This document shows positions 42,012 through 50,239 of a stretch of DNA of 64,000 nt, piece by piece. Source of the stretch: a virus. Taxonomy: Duplodnaviria; Caudoviricetes. Below the pieces are notes generated by a model. The model was not told where the DNA came from, made no database searches, and saw only the letters and a list, made by a program, of their open reading frames with translations. The stretch's first letter is position 1, and each line of letters begins with the position of its first letter. Position numbers and translations under genes: made by a program. The stretch is taken from positions 1 through 64,000 of IMG/VR virus record IMGVR_UViG_3300025924_000020; one strand, 5' to 3'.

Positions 42012-42523
42012 GGTTTATAAAATACAACTGTTACTTTACAGTTTTTTAAATGTTCTTGAATCATTTTCTTTACTATATTCCAATCTCCTCCTGCAAGATG
42101 ACAACCAATCAAAGGGAGTCCAATATGTCTACCTTTAAAAACATGATTCATCTTCTTAAGACATAACTCAAGAGCTGCATAATCTAAATCCATCTTACCT
42201 ACTTTTCTACCAGTAATGTCAAATTGAGTGTAGCAGTTGGTTATGATTAGAGTTTTACCTGAAGGTAAATTTATCCCTTTAGGGTGATAAACTTCTTTTT
42301 TATATATAATTCTAGGCTGATAGTCTATACTACCAAGCTTATTCATATCACCTTTGTACCCTTCTCTTTCAAGTTAGAATTTGTCAGCTCCAAACGCCTT
42401 AGCCATTTGAGGAGCTAATCCAGCTCCCATAATACACTGACAATTACAGCCATGAGCAATAACATCAAACTTACCTTCTTTAGCTAGCACTATAAGGTCA
42501 CCTTCTATTTCCTGGTAGTCCAT
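42008..42523 (-). pseudogene. Macrodomain (ADP-ribose processing) gene interrupted by an in-frame TAA at codon 50
   Basis: Translation from the ATG at 42523 reads MDYQEIEGDL...IAHGCNCQCIMGAGLAPQMAKAFGADKF*LEREGYKGDMNKLG...NCYTQ...GLPLIGCHLAGGDW. The stop is at 42374-42376. Confidence 0.8.
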
Positions 42524-42912
42524 TTACAGTAAGTTTTGTAGGTCCAAACTCCAATCCAAGTCAATGGATTGTAAATAGATCCAAAGTAAATAAGTGATTC
42601 AGATACTACTTCTGCATCCCAATTGTTACGATAATGGCTGATTTTAGGAGGAATAATGAATACGCCTAAACTTTCTTTGCTTTTTTTCCACATAGCTGCT
42701 CTTGTTAGTTCAGTATAGGCATGATACCCTTCAGAAATTCCACACGATCTTATACGTAATTGTACTTTATTGGTTGGCTTCCACTTAAGGTACCTAAAGT
42801 CTCGATAAGTAGGCCAAAAAGCTATAAGAGATCTAATACCGTGCTTATAAACCACGATAGGTTCTTCTGCTATTTTAGTAGTATCATTTTCACTTGCTAA
42901 TCTGAAACACAT
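42505..42912 (-). CDS. Hypothetical protein
   Basis: ORF; VVYK and GYHAY motifs of small phage proteins. Confidence 0.5.
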   Translation of the reverse strand: MCFRLASENDTTKIAEEPIVVYKHGIRSLIAFWPTYRDFRYLKWKPTNKVQLRIRSCGISEGYHAYTELTRAAMWKKSKESLGVFIIPPKISHYRNNWDAEVVSESLIYFGSIYNPLTWIGVWTYKTYCKWTTRK

Positions 42913-43013
42913 AAGTATGTATGATTAGATTGTACAAGCATGATATTAGCTAATATAGCATTGTAATCATGCAAATTAATTTTTCCTTTTATATTTTCCA
43001 TAATGTTTTTAGT

Positions 43014-43415
43014 TTACCAATCAAATACTACAGGTACACCTTTCCAATAACCACAGTTATTGTCTCCTAGATCTTCTCCTACTGAAGTGCAAGCATATCT
43101 GGATAACTCCCGAGCTGCTTTATATTTTCTACTTCTATCAGTTAATGATTGTATCCACCAACTGTCATATTTAATTGTTGGTACTGCATATCTTGGTATG
43201 CCCCTATAACAGACACATCCAGGTTGTTTAACAACAATACGCTTTGATTCATTAATATAAATATCTCCATAACAATCCCGTAGTTTAGTAAAACCGTGTC
43301 GCCGAAGCTTAGGAATTGAGATCTTACCTAATTTATCAATAAAGTCCTGTAGTCTATTTTCTTCTTTAGTTTTGTGTCTCTTAAACGCAATCCGTATTCT
43401 TTGTGCTGGTGTCAT
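43014..43415 (-). CDS. Minimal protein-kinase-like fold protein
   Basis: IVVK lysine, EDLGDNNCG catalytic-loop-like DxxxxN, PVVFDW metal-binding D. Confidence 0.5.
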   Translation of the reverse strand: MTPAQRIRIAFKRHKTKEENRLQDFIDKLGKISIPKLRRHGFTKLRDCYGDIYINESKRIVVKQPGCVCYRGIPRYAVPTIKYDSWWIQSLTDRSRKYKAARELSRYACTSVGEDLGDNNCGYWKGVPVVFDW

Positions 43416-44023
43416 GGAATGTACAAGTTAGTTGGATTATTTTTGTGGATTTCATGCTCCTTGTGATGTGAGATTGTAAAACTTGCAAGGTTGAATGGTT
43501 GAGTAATAATATGCCAACCAGATTTTGATGGTAAGATAGCTAGCACCTTGTAATCTCTGTTATTTATTTGCTTCTGCAGTGAAGTTATGAAATCTGCTAC
43601 ATCGTCAGCTGCTTTTCTATCAGGATTATCAATGTCAATTAACCACCTTTTATCAATCTCAGAATGATATTCACCACACACGGAATCGTAAGCTTTCCTA
43701 ATACTATAGAAATCTCCATTAGACATTTGGTTGGCTATTTTCTGTAATACATGAAATCCAGCTTTCTGAAAGTTTCTAGGATTAAGGTTGATACTTACCC
43801 TAGCTTCAAACAATTGAGCTAGTTTGATCATTTCCTCTTTATGTATATCTAGCTTTTCTTGTGAAGTGATATAATAGGCTTTGATTAAGCGGGAGTTGTT
43901 ATTACTTCCACCTAATCTTTCACCTTTATGGTCTTTCTTCCTTTGAAGAATCTGTACGAAATAGAAACAGTCCTTATGAGGAAATTCAAGTAATGGTTTA
44001 ATTAAATCAAAATTATCAACCAT
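43412..44023 (-). CDS. Conserved phage protein with AEP (primase-polymerase)-like motifs
   Basis: WLIDID and SKSGWHII resemble AEP motifs I and II. Confidence 0.4.
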   Translation of the reverse strand: MVDNFDLIKPLLEFPHKDCFYFVQILQRKKDHKGERLGGSNNNSRLIKAYYITSQEKLDIHKEEMIKLAQLFEARVSINLNPRNFQKAGFHVLQKIANQMSNGDFYSIRKAYDSVCGEYHSEIDKRWLIDIDNPDRKAADDVADFITSLQKQINNRDYKVLAILPSKSGWHIITQPFNLASFTISHHKEHEIHKNNPTNLYIP

Positions 44024-45539
44024 AACTAGCTAATCTATCTCTGATTTCCTGAAGAGTGGTAGTTTTCTCTAGCTTACCATCTTTAAAGACAGTTTGTAGC
44101 AGCCAAGTATTTTCTTGCTCCCAAGTACATTGATCTTGGACGAATAAATTACCATTTTCATGTTGACCTACTCGTAACAATCCTTTCTTACTTTTCTTAG
44201 TTCCATCATCAGTAATTGGGTCTTTGAAGATTTCTCTTCTTTCAGTCCATTGTGACGGTTCAAGTGCTTCAGGAGATCTGCCTTCAGGGTAGCCCGTCAT
44301 TTCAACTTCTCCATATGTCGCTTTCATTGCGAAGCCAAAAGTATCCCTAGTATTGTGCTGATAAGTATAAGAGCCAATCCCAAGTACAACATTCGTAGAT
44401 GCAAATCCTTTTGCCTTAAGTCTTTCACATATTTGCCTCGCACAGTCAAGGGTGATAGAATCACCGTAGATAGCACCAATATGAAAATCCAATTCTTTAT
44501 ATCCATATTCATTTATTTTTCCTCCAAACAAATCCCAGAGAAGTTCAATGACTCCTTTTCTTTCTGCTTCAGAAATAGCTTTACCGCCTTTATCATACCA
44601 GCCTATTGTATCTTTATGAAGATCATCTCTTCCACAAAGAATATCTACTGGATTGCCTGAATCGGGTCTAATTACTAGTTTACCATCTCTTGCAAGAATT
44701 TGTTCTTTGATTTTAGGAAGTATTTCAGTTAGAACTTTCCAAAGATCCCAAGTATCACTAACAATACTGAGAATTCCAGTAGGATAAAGCTTAAGCAGCC
44801 TGCTGAAAGTGTCAATTTCATTTTCTTTGATGCCCATACACATAACACTGTGCTCTGTAGCAGGAACACTTGCACCAATGAGTCCACTAGCACCATAAGA
44901 CTGTTCAAGCTGGTAAATTGCTGGAATAGTATCAGTGCCTGTAAACGAGAGTAAATGACCCATGCCAGAAAGAATACTAGACTCAATGCTAGACATTCCC
45001 CGCATAGAGAAATCGTGTCCTTGCCACGGTACAAAGTCCACAGATCCAGTGGTTTCCTTTGCATATTTCGATAGTAATTTCTTGTATTCATAAGCAATTG
45101 TTGCTGAAGTGGTAGGTTGCCATAGCATTGCAGACATTAGTGTCTCAACGTAGTTAGTGAGCCAATAAAAATCAGGATGTGTATTCTTGATTGTGAGTAG
45201 TGGTACTCCAATAGGACACAGTGTTCCCTCGGGAAGAGCTTTAATTTCTAATGGTAGATAACCTAGATCGTGTAAAGCTTCAATATGTTTACTATCCACA
45301 TTGATATGTCTTTTATACTCTTCTATTACTTGTGTTTTGGGTAGTGCAAAGAAATGACGAGTAAATTTATCAGTTAGATACTGTAGAATGAAGTGCTGTA
45401 CACCAAATACAACTACCTTATCTATTCCAGGAATCCTACTCTTTCTTGGAGTGAGGTTAGAATAGATCAATGTTGTACCTTCTGGATACATCTTATGATG
45501 TTCTGTTTTGTAAAAATCCGTATATAGTAGTGGATTCAT
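44016..45539 (-). CDS. Nicotinamide phosphoribosyltransferase family (NadV/Nampt; Namat-like in NARP1)
   Basis: TDFYKTEH, HDFSMRG, ATEHSVM, SIVSDTWD, IRPDSG, IYGDSIT, KKSKKG. Confidence 0.93.
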   Translation of the reverse strand: MNPLLYTDFYKTEHHKMYPEGTTLIYSNLTPRKSRIPGIDKVVVFGVQHFILQYLTDKFTRHFFALPKTQVIEEYKRHINVDSKHIEALHDLGYLPLEIKALPEGTLCPIGVPLLTIKNTHPDFYWLTNYVETLMSAMLWQPTTSATIAYEYKKLLSKYAKETTGSVDFVPWQGHDFSMRGMSSIESSILSGMGHLLSFTGTDTIPAIYQLEQSYGASGLIGASVPATEHSVMCMGIKENEIDTFSRLLKLYPTGILSIVSDTWDLWKVLTEILPKIKEQILARDGKLVIRPDSGNPVDILCGRDDLHKDTIGWYDKGGKAISEAERKGVIELLWDLFGGKINEYGYKELDFHIGAIYGDSITLDCARQICERLKAKGFASTNVVLGIGSYTYQHNTRDTFGFAMKATYGEVEMTGYPEGRSPEALEPSQWTERREIFKDPITDDGTKKSKKGLLRVGQHENGNLFVQDQCTWEQENTWLLQTVFKDGKLEKTTTLQEIRDRLASYG

Positions 45540-46363
45540 TATTCAAATACGTTAAATGTTGTTACTATGTTACTATTGTAATGTTCTTGAAATGAATTAG
45601 TAGTAAATACTCTAGTGAAGTACTTACCTAACTCATCAAATCCATTACTAAAAATACCGTGTGATACTGCTAAGAATAAATCTCCAGCATTTCTCTCTTT
45701 TAATTTCTTTGCTAGTTCAATAAATGTTCTACCTCCCATACATATATCATCCACGATAAGTACTGGCCTTCCTTTGAAATCCTCTCTAGAAAGTTCAATA
45801 GAGTCGATATTACCTGTTGAAATAGATCTTGATTTATTAGCTGATACTACCTCTCTTTGCATTGGTAATGCCTGAGCCAGCTTAAATATCTTCTTGTATG
45901 CTCCTGCATCTGGTGATAATAAAATAAGATTATCATCATTAGTTGCCCATCTTATTACGGTTTCTATGAATTTGTGATTTGTTTCTACACTCACTCCTTG
46001 TAGCAATGCTGGTGTTACGTCACTGTGTACATCAAAACAACGGTAATGGATTCTGGGGTTTCGCAGAATTTCAGTAATAGTCATTAGACTAAAACACTCT
46101 ACTTCAGAAAAATCTCTATCAGCTTGTTGATACGGAAAATAGGGACAATGAACCGCAAATTTATTTACTCCCATCTTAAAAAGTAGGTCTTTCACTATTA
46201 AGAAGAAAATTAAATTCTCAGTAGTATTCAGTCTTACCTGAACCGTTAACAGTTCATTTGGGACAATCAGTGCTTTTAATTGAACATGTATCTCTCCTCC
46301 TGGAAATTTCCATGCTTTGTATTGTGGAGTTTCTGTAACTCCTGGTCTTAAATCTAATATCAT
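45539..46363 (-). CDS. PRPP-synthetase family protein (Adps-like in NARP1); likely start at MILDLRP
   Basis: FPGGE, PYFPYQQADR, DVHS, SPDAGA, IVDDICMGGRTF, SHGIFS. Confidence 0.9.
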   Translation of the reverse strand: MILDLRPGVTETPQYKAWKFPGGEIHVQLKALIVPNELLTVQVRLNTTENLIFFLIVKDLLFKMGVNKFAVHCPYFPYQQADRDFSEVECFSLMTITEILRNPRIHYRCFDVHSDVTPALLQGVSVETNHKFIETVIRWATNDDNLILLSPDAGAYKKIFKLAQALPMQREVVSANKSRSISTGNIDSIELSREDFKGRPVLIVDDICMGGRTFIELAKKLKERNAGDLFLAVSHGIFSNGFDELGKYFTRVFTTNSFQEHYNSNIVTTFNVFE

Positions 46364-46373
46364 AATTTTTTGT

Positions 46374-46619
46374 TTATTGTGAACCCCAATCGAAAGCACT
46401 CGCAAATAGAGAGTCATCCTCTCTGTTATCGTCCCAATAGCTATTGCTTGACGAGTAAGTTTTGAAAGGTTTCTTGAGAGCTGCTACCTGTTTTTTAGTT
46501 AAGAATTTAGTTTTCTTATACCACTGTATTACACTTCTATGAAATAGACTTACTTTAGTGGGAAACTTAAAATCATATTTAAGTTCTATTTCTAGTTTCA
46601 AGTCATCTTCTACATTCAT
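46374..46619 (-). CDS. Hypothetical protein
   Basis: ORF with A-rich start region; LTKKQVAAL motif. Confidence 0.5.
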   Translation of the reverse strand: MNVEDDLKLEIELKYDFKFPTKVSLFHRSVIQWYKKTKFLTKKQVAALKKPFKTYSSSNSYWDDNREDDSLFASAFDWGSQ

Positions 46620-46633
46620 AATTTAAAAATTTG

Positions 46634-46716
46634 AGCTTCGGGCTGGACTCGAACCAGCAATCTCCGTATAGGATAAGCCTACACTACATGGTATTTTACC
46701 ATTAAACTACCTAAGC
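46634..46716 (-). tRNA. tRNA-like gene with aberrant elongated anticodon arm (isotype undetermined)
   Basis: Acceptor GCTTAGG/CCGAAGC, D arm TAGTTTAATGGTAAAAT, perfect T arm GCTGG-TTCGAGT-CCAGC, 28-nt anticodon arm, no CCA. Confidence 0.7.
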
Positions 46717-46940
46717 ATAGTCCCACTCACGCTCTTGTGGCAACTATTATACAACATTTTTATGGCCTTAATTTCAGCAAGCGACTTCTCTTAGTCTGAA
46801 GTAGTTGTATTAACTTTTAATAATTGAAAAAACTATTGCAGGTTATCATTCTGCATTGCTACTCGTATGAGTAGATCTTGTCACATAGCATAGAGGTAAA
46901 ACGTCAATTAAAACTCTATGGACAATTAAAGGAAATAGTT
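46717..46940 (-). ncRNA. Structured non-coding region with multi-stem elements
   Basis: Stems AACTATT/AATAGTT, TTGTC/GACAA, CATAGAG/CTCTATG, CTACTC/GAGTAG, GCAG/CTGC, ATACAAC/GTTGTAT, CTTC/GAAG; no ORF in the track. Confidence 0.5.
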
Positions 46941-46943
46941 TAG

Positions 46944-47090
46944 TTAGAAAATCTCGTTTCTTGTTAGTTTCTCTTCTAGAACTATGCACCAAGCTTTAAT
47001 GTTTCTTCTTACTCTTGGTGAGTCTAGGTATTGTTGTAGAAGTTCGTCTGAGAAGAACTTCACATCATAATGAATGAATCTCAGGTCCAT
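46944..47090 (-). CDS. Small ORF, 48 aa (MDLRFIHYDV...), not in the ORF track
   Basis: Manually translated open frame overlapping the end of the upstream gene. Confidence 0.4.
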   Translation of the reverse strand: MDLRFIHYDVKFFSDELLQQYLDSPRVRRNIKAWCIVLEEKLTRNEIF

Positions 47091-47268
47091 CTTTGATTTC
47101 TTTTATGTTACTTCTAGCTACCAGCTTAAGTAACGATTTAGTTTGTTTGTTTACTTCCTTAGAATGAGTTATGAAGATAAAACCATCTATGTCTCTAGCT
47201 GGATACCACACATCTGCTTCATAATCTCCATGTTTCCCAGGTAGTTTTTTGATTAGTTTTATTTGCAT
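47065..47268 (-). CDS. Hypothetical protein
   Basis: 67-aa ORF. Confidence 0.45.
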   Translation of the reverse strand: MQIKLIKKLPGKHGDYEADVWYPARDIDGFIFITHSKEVNKQTKSLLKLVARSNIKEIKDGPEIHSL

Positions 47269-47277
47269 AAGTTTGAT

Positions 47278-47309
47278 TAAATGAAAAGGAGTGAAATAAT
47301 CACTCCTTT
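47278..47309 (-). terminator. Intrinsic terminator-like hairpin
   Basis: Minus strand AAAGGAGTG-ATTATTT-CACTCCTTT then TCATTT. Confidence 0.6.
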
Positions 47310-47316
47310 AATGAAA

Positions 47317-47386
47317 ACTATAGGTGGGGTACTCTCCCACAACCCCCTCAAGTATCGAGGACTCTGTATTTTGGAGCTACTATAAT
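47317..47386 (-). ncRNA. Degenerate tRNA-shaped RNA (70-nt cloverleaf)
   Basis: ATTATAG/CTATAGT 7 bp; TA; GCTC/GAGT D stem; CCTC-GATACTT-GAGG; GGGTT; GTGGG-AGAGTAC-CCCAC. Confidence 0.6.
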
Positions 47387-47391
47387 TATAT

Positions 47392-47919
47392 CTATAATAC
47401 TAGTCTGATCTTTTTTCGTATTTTGTGTATTCTATGGGCAAGTAATTGCCTATAAATATGTTGTTCTTCGGCTATCTCACCTTTGGGATACCCCTCTTCA
47501 AGCCTTTGTACAATTTGCTGTTCTTGATTGTTGAGAATAGATTTTAGCTTATCTTTTAATAGGAGATAATCCATCTCTATCTCTTGTGTGGGTTGACCTT
47601 TGTGTACATATTGCCATTCAAGCACATCTGGATCATGATCCTCATATACACTATGTCTGATTTTTGGGTAAATAATGCCCTTAAACATGTACTTACCGCT
47701 TCTTATTCTATTAAACCAAACTCTTTTTACTTTACCCAGTATAATTCCTTTATCCTGTTCAAATAAATTAGTTCCGTGGTTCTTATGCCAACTAACATAA
47801 GCATCATGCACAACATCCCTATAATCATAAGCCATGTTGCTTAGCTTACATAAATAGAAGGCATAACTACTAGCTTGCCAATATAGTTTATTGTTCATTA
47901 TCCTGAACAACTTAGACAT
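47392..47919 (-). CDS. ECF sigma-factor-like protein
   Basis: Region-2-like RDVVHDAYVSW; region-4 HTH LNNQEQQIV...EGYPKGEIAE...RIHKIRKKI. Confidence 0.7.
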   Translation of the reverse strand: MSKLFRIMNNKLYWQASSYAFYLCKLSNMAYDYRDVVHDAYVSWHKNHGTNLFEQDKGIILGKVKRVWFNRIRSGKYMFKGIIYPKIRHSVYEDHDPDVLEWQYVHKGQPTQEIEMDYLLLKDKLKSILNNQEQQIVQRLEEGYPKGEIAEEQHIYRQLLAHRIHKIRKKIRLVL

Positions 47920-48242
47920 GTATCATCTTTGCTACTGATATCACAAGTAGGAGCAGTAGTACTAGAAACATTGTTATTAGGACTCTCTTTTGGTGAAGTT
48001 TGGAGTACTCGTTCATGATTTATACTTAGGGGTTTACGATATTGTAGATTAGGACGATCTAAATCAACAACAATTTTCTTGCCATCTATAATAAAATATT
48101 TTACGAATTCACTCTCATCTTCTAAATACCTTAACATAAACTCAAAATCCAAGTAACCTCTTTGCCTAGCTTCTCTTTCTTTAATAATTTCATCCGCTGG
48201 TTCACCAGTAATTGGGTTAATGAGTTGTTCTTTTTGTTGCAT
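47898..48242 (-). CDS. Hypothetical protein with C-terminal C-x8-CxxCSG tail
   Basis: Ends TCDISSKDDTCLSCSG. Confidence 0.5.
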   Translation of the reverse strand: MQQKEQLINPITGEPADEIIKEREARQRGYLDFEFMLRYLEDESEFVKYFIIDGKKIVVDLDRPNLQYRKPLSINHERVLQTSPKESPNNNVSSTTAPTCDISSKDDTCLSCSG

Positions 48243-48252
48243 ATGTTTTTGT

Positions 48253-48804
48253 TTAATTTACTAATTCTGTAGACAAGATTAGCTCATAGAAGTTCTCTGG
48301 CCCTGGTATACTCGCCAGCTCAGCATCAGCTGGTAACCTGGTATCCAATTCAGCCTCCAACTTTTTTCTTAAGCCAATATCTTTATTTAATGCCATGAGT
48401 TCTCTAGCAGACGTCACACTCTTACCATCTCCAGTTGGATGTTTATACCTTAATCCTGATTTCTTCCTAATGACTTCTTTAGCATCTTCAGGAAACTTAG
48501 AATATTTACCCTCTCTAAATAATCTAAGTACAGGTTTGAACAAGTTAGGTATTTCGAATACTAGGAAATGATGATTATCCTTCTCAAAATTAAACCTAAA
48601 AGTAGGTAAAGCTTTGACAACAGAACTAGCTGATTGATTTAATTCAACTACTAGGTGTTTATCATCATTATTGACATAGCTATTAACGAAATTACCTATA
48701 CCAAAGTTTGAGGAATTTAATCCAATTAACGGTAGTATGTAATTACTGCATAAATTGATACTTCTCTTTTCCTGCATATAATCTTCATTATGAGAAGTAG
48801 GCAA
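48253..48804 (-). CDS. Conserved hypothetical phage protein
   Basis: YILPLIG...F.EGKYSKF pattern; start codon uncertain. Confidence 0.5.
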   Translation of the reverse strand: MPTSHNEDYMQEKRSINLCSNYILPLIGLNSSNFGIGNFVNSYVNNDDKHLVVELNQSASSVVKALPTFRFNFEKDNHHFLVFEIPNLFKPVLRLFREGKYSKFPEDAKEVIRKKSGLRYKHPTGDGKSVTSARELMALNKDIGLRKKLEAELDTRLPADAELASIPGPENFYELILSTELVN

Positions 48805-48843
48805 TATACAAAATTTAGTAAACTAAACAAAAAATCTTTCTTA

Positions 48844-49644
48844 TTAAGTAAATAATTCGCTCTTTATTTCTTCATTTTTAGGCACTTTTATGGGTTCTGG
48901 GATAATAAACCCTTCTTTTTTGTCTAAGATCTTGAGACTCACGTAGTTCTTATGATATTCTTCTAGAGCATTGTAAGTATTGTCGTAGTGAAGTAGATAT
49001 GCAGAAAACACTAATTCAGCATATTCAACATCGAGATGATAGTTGATTTTTGTGAATAGATTGTCTGCGTACTTTTGACCTTTGCCTGGTAAACCTTTGA
49101 TATTATCTCCAGACTGCCCAGCAATCATATCACTCCAGAATTTCCTATTTGCTTCAGTGTTAGACATAGTTACCCATTCTTTCTTTCTCCAGTTATAATG
49201 TGTCCCTTCAAGACCTAATAGATCGTTATCAATAGCACAGATAAAGGAATTAGGAAGAGCTAATCTAGTGATGTTAACTGCATCATCTACTTCCATGTAG
49301 TCTACATAATGTGCTCCCCTATTAAGTAAAGTTAGCTGCACATCATTCCACCACCAAGGCTCTTCTTTATTACGATTACCTTTATAATCTGGGTTAACTT
49401 CTAATCTAGTTAGTGTGGTATTTATCCCTTTCATGTAACCAATCCAGTGTGTAGCTCCACTTTCTTCAAGAATCATCTTCAAGACTTTATCGGCATCTAC
49501 TGCCATTTGTTCAAAGGTCTTCTCTTTATAGATAAACCTCTTCCCATCTTCAGTACGCCTAGGATTACCTTGTTCGTCTAACTCCTTCTCTGGATGAGCA
49601 ATAGTATAACATACTGAATCTAAATCAATAATAGCAATCTTCAT
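48844..49644 (-). CDS. 5'-3' exonuclease / flap endonuclease (T7 gp6-like)
   Basis: IIDLDS, YKGNR, EVDD, IDNDL, DNIKGLPGKG (H3TH). Confidence 0.9.
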   Translation of the reverse strand: MKIAIIDLDSVCYTIAHPEKELDEQGNPRRTEDGKRFIYKEKTFEQMAVDADKVLKMILEESGATHWIGYMKGINTTLTRLEVNPDYKGNRNKEEPWWWNDVQLTLLNRGAHYVDYMEVDDAVNITRLALPNSFICAIDNDLLGLEGTHYNWRKKEWVTMSNTEANRKFWSDMIAGQSGDNIKGLPGKGQKYADNLFTKINYHLDVEYAELVFSAYLLHYDNTYNALEEYHKNYVSLKILDKKEGFIIPEPIKVPKNEEIKSELFT

Positions 49645-49838
49645 TTTACGTGTGATAGAATTTGTTCACAAATATACTCAAATGGTCCTATTTTTTTAAA
49701 CCAATAGCGATCCTTCTCTTTCATACTATTGCAAGATTCTATTAGTCTCTTATGATCATCTTCAGTAGCTACTGTTATTGTAAATTCGTAAGGAGTAAAT
49801 TGTCTTGGTGTTAGTTCTTTCTTTGTTACGTTAAGCAT
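49641..49838 (-). CDS. Hypothetical protein
   Basis: Coupled small ORF. Confidence 0.45.
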   Translation of the reverse strand: MLNVTKKELTPRQFTPYEFTITVATEDDHKRLIESCNSMKEKDRYWFKKIGPFEYICEQILSHVK

Positions 49839-49841
49839 AGT

Positions 49842-50030
49842 CTAATCTGGGATTCCCTCATCTCCTTCTATTTCTAGAAATTCATCGACTTGTGTGGAAA
49901 CTAGAAACTGCTCATCCCATCCTTTAGATGAGAAGAAGTAGGATAGTTCCTCATCTAGTTGATCCATGTTAGTGTCATCTCCTATAATTACTTGTGCATC
50001 TATGTCTATTACTCTTTTCTTCTTTCCCAT
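49842..50030 (-). CDS. Small acidic hypothetical protein
   Basis: D/E-rich, 62 aa, coupled. Confidence 0.45.
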   Translation of the reverse strand: MGKKKRVIDIDAQVIIGDDTNMDQLDEELSYFFSSKGWDEQFLVSTQVDEFLEIEGDEGIPD

Positions 50031-50239
50031 TAGTTGATGGTTATTTGGTTCTTTTTGACTGTTATCTTAGAGGCGAAACCTCTCATAATTAGCTTAGGTT
50101 GGGTTCGATTGTATTTAGTTTCACAAGGTACATTACAGTGTACGTGTGTCGTATTATAGCACTTTCCTCTGAAATGTACACTCATCTTCTTCTCTCCGTG
50201 ACGGAAATAGTGATAGAAAAAACGATAGGCTTTATTCAT
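50030..50239 (-). CDS. Hypothetical basic protein
   Basis: FFYHY...MSVHFRGKC; coupled. Confidence 0.5.
   Translation of the reverse strand: MNKAYRFFYHYFRHGEKKMSVHFRGKCYNTTHVHCNVPCETKYNRTQPKLIMRGFASKITVKKNQITIN

Noticed and set aside
46364-46417. N-terminal extension of the PRPP-synthetase-like ORF given in the track
   Set aside because: It overlaps the upstream gene. The ATG at 46363 has an A-rich leader and fits the family start better.
46620-47390. CRISPR mini-array, tmRNA or a known riboswitch
   Set aside because: No direct repeats with spacers, no tmRNA ends or tag ORF, and no riboswitch consensus that I could recognise. An Rfam search is still needed.
48805-48843. Possible minus-strand Bacteroidota promoter
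   Set aside because: TTTG and TAAATTTTG are present, but the spacing and -7 box do not fit the consensus.
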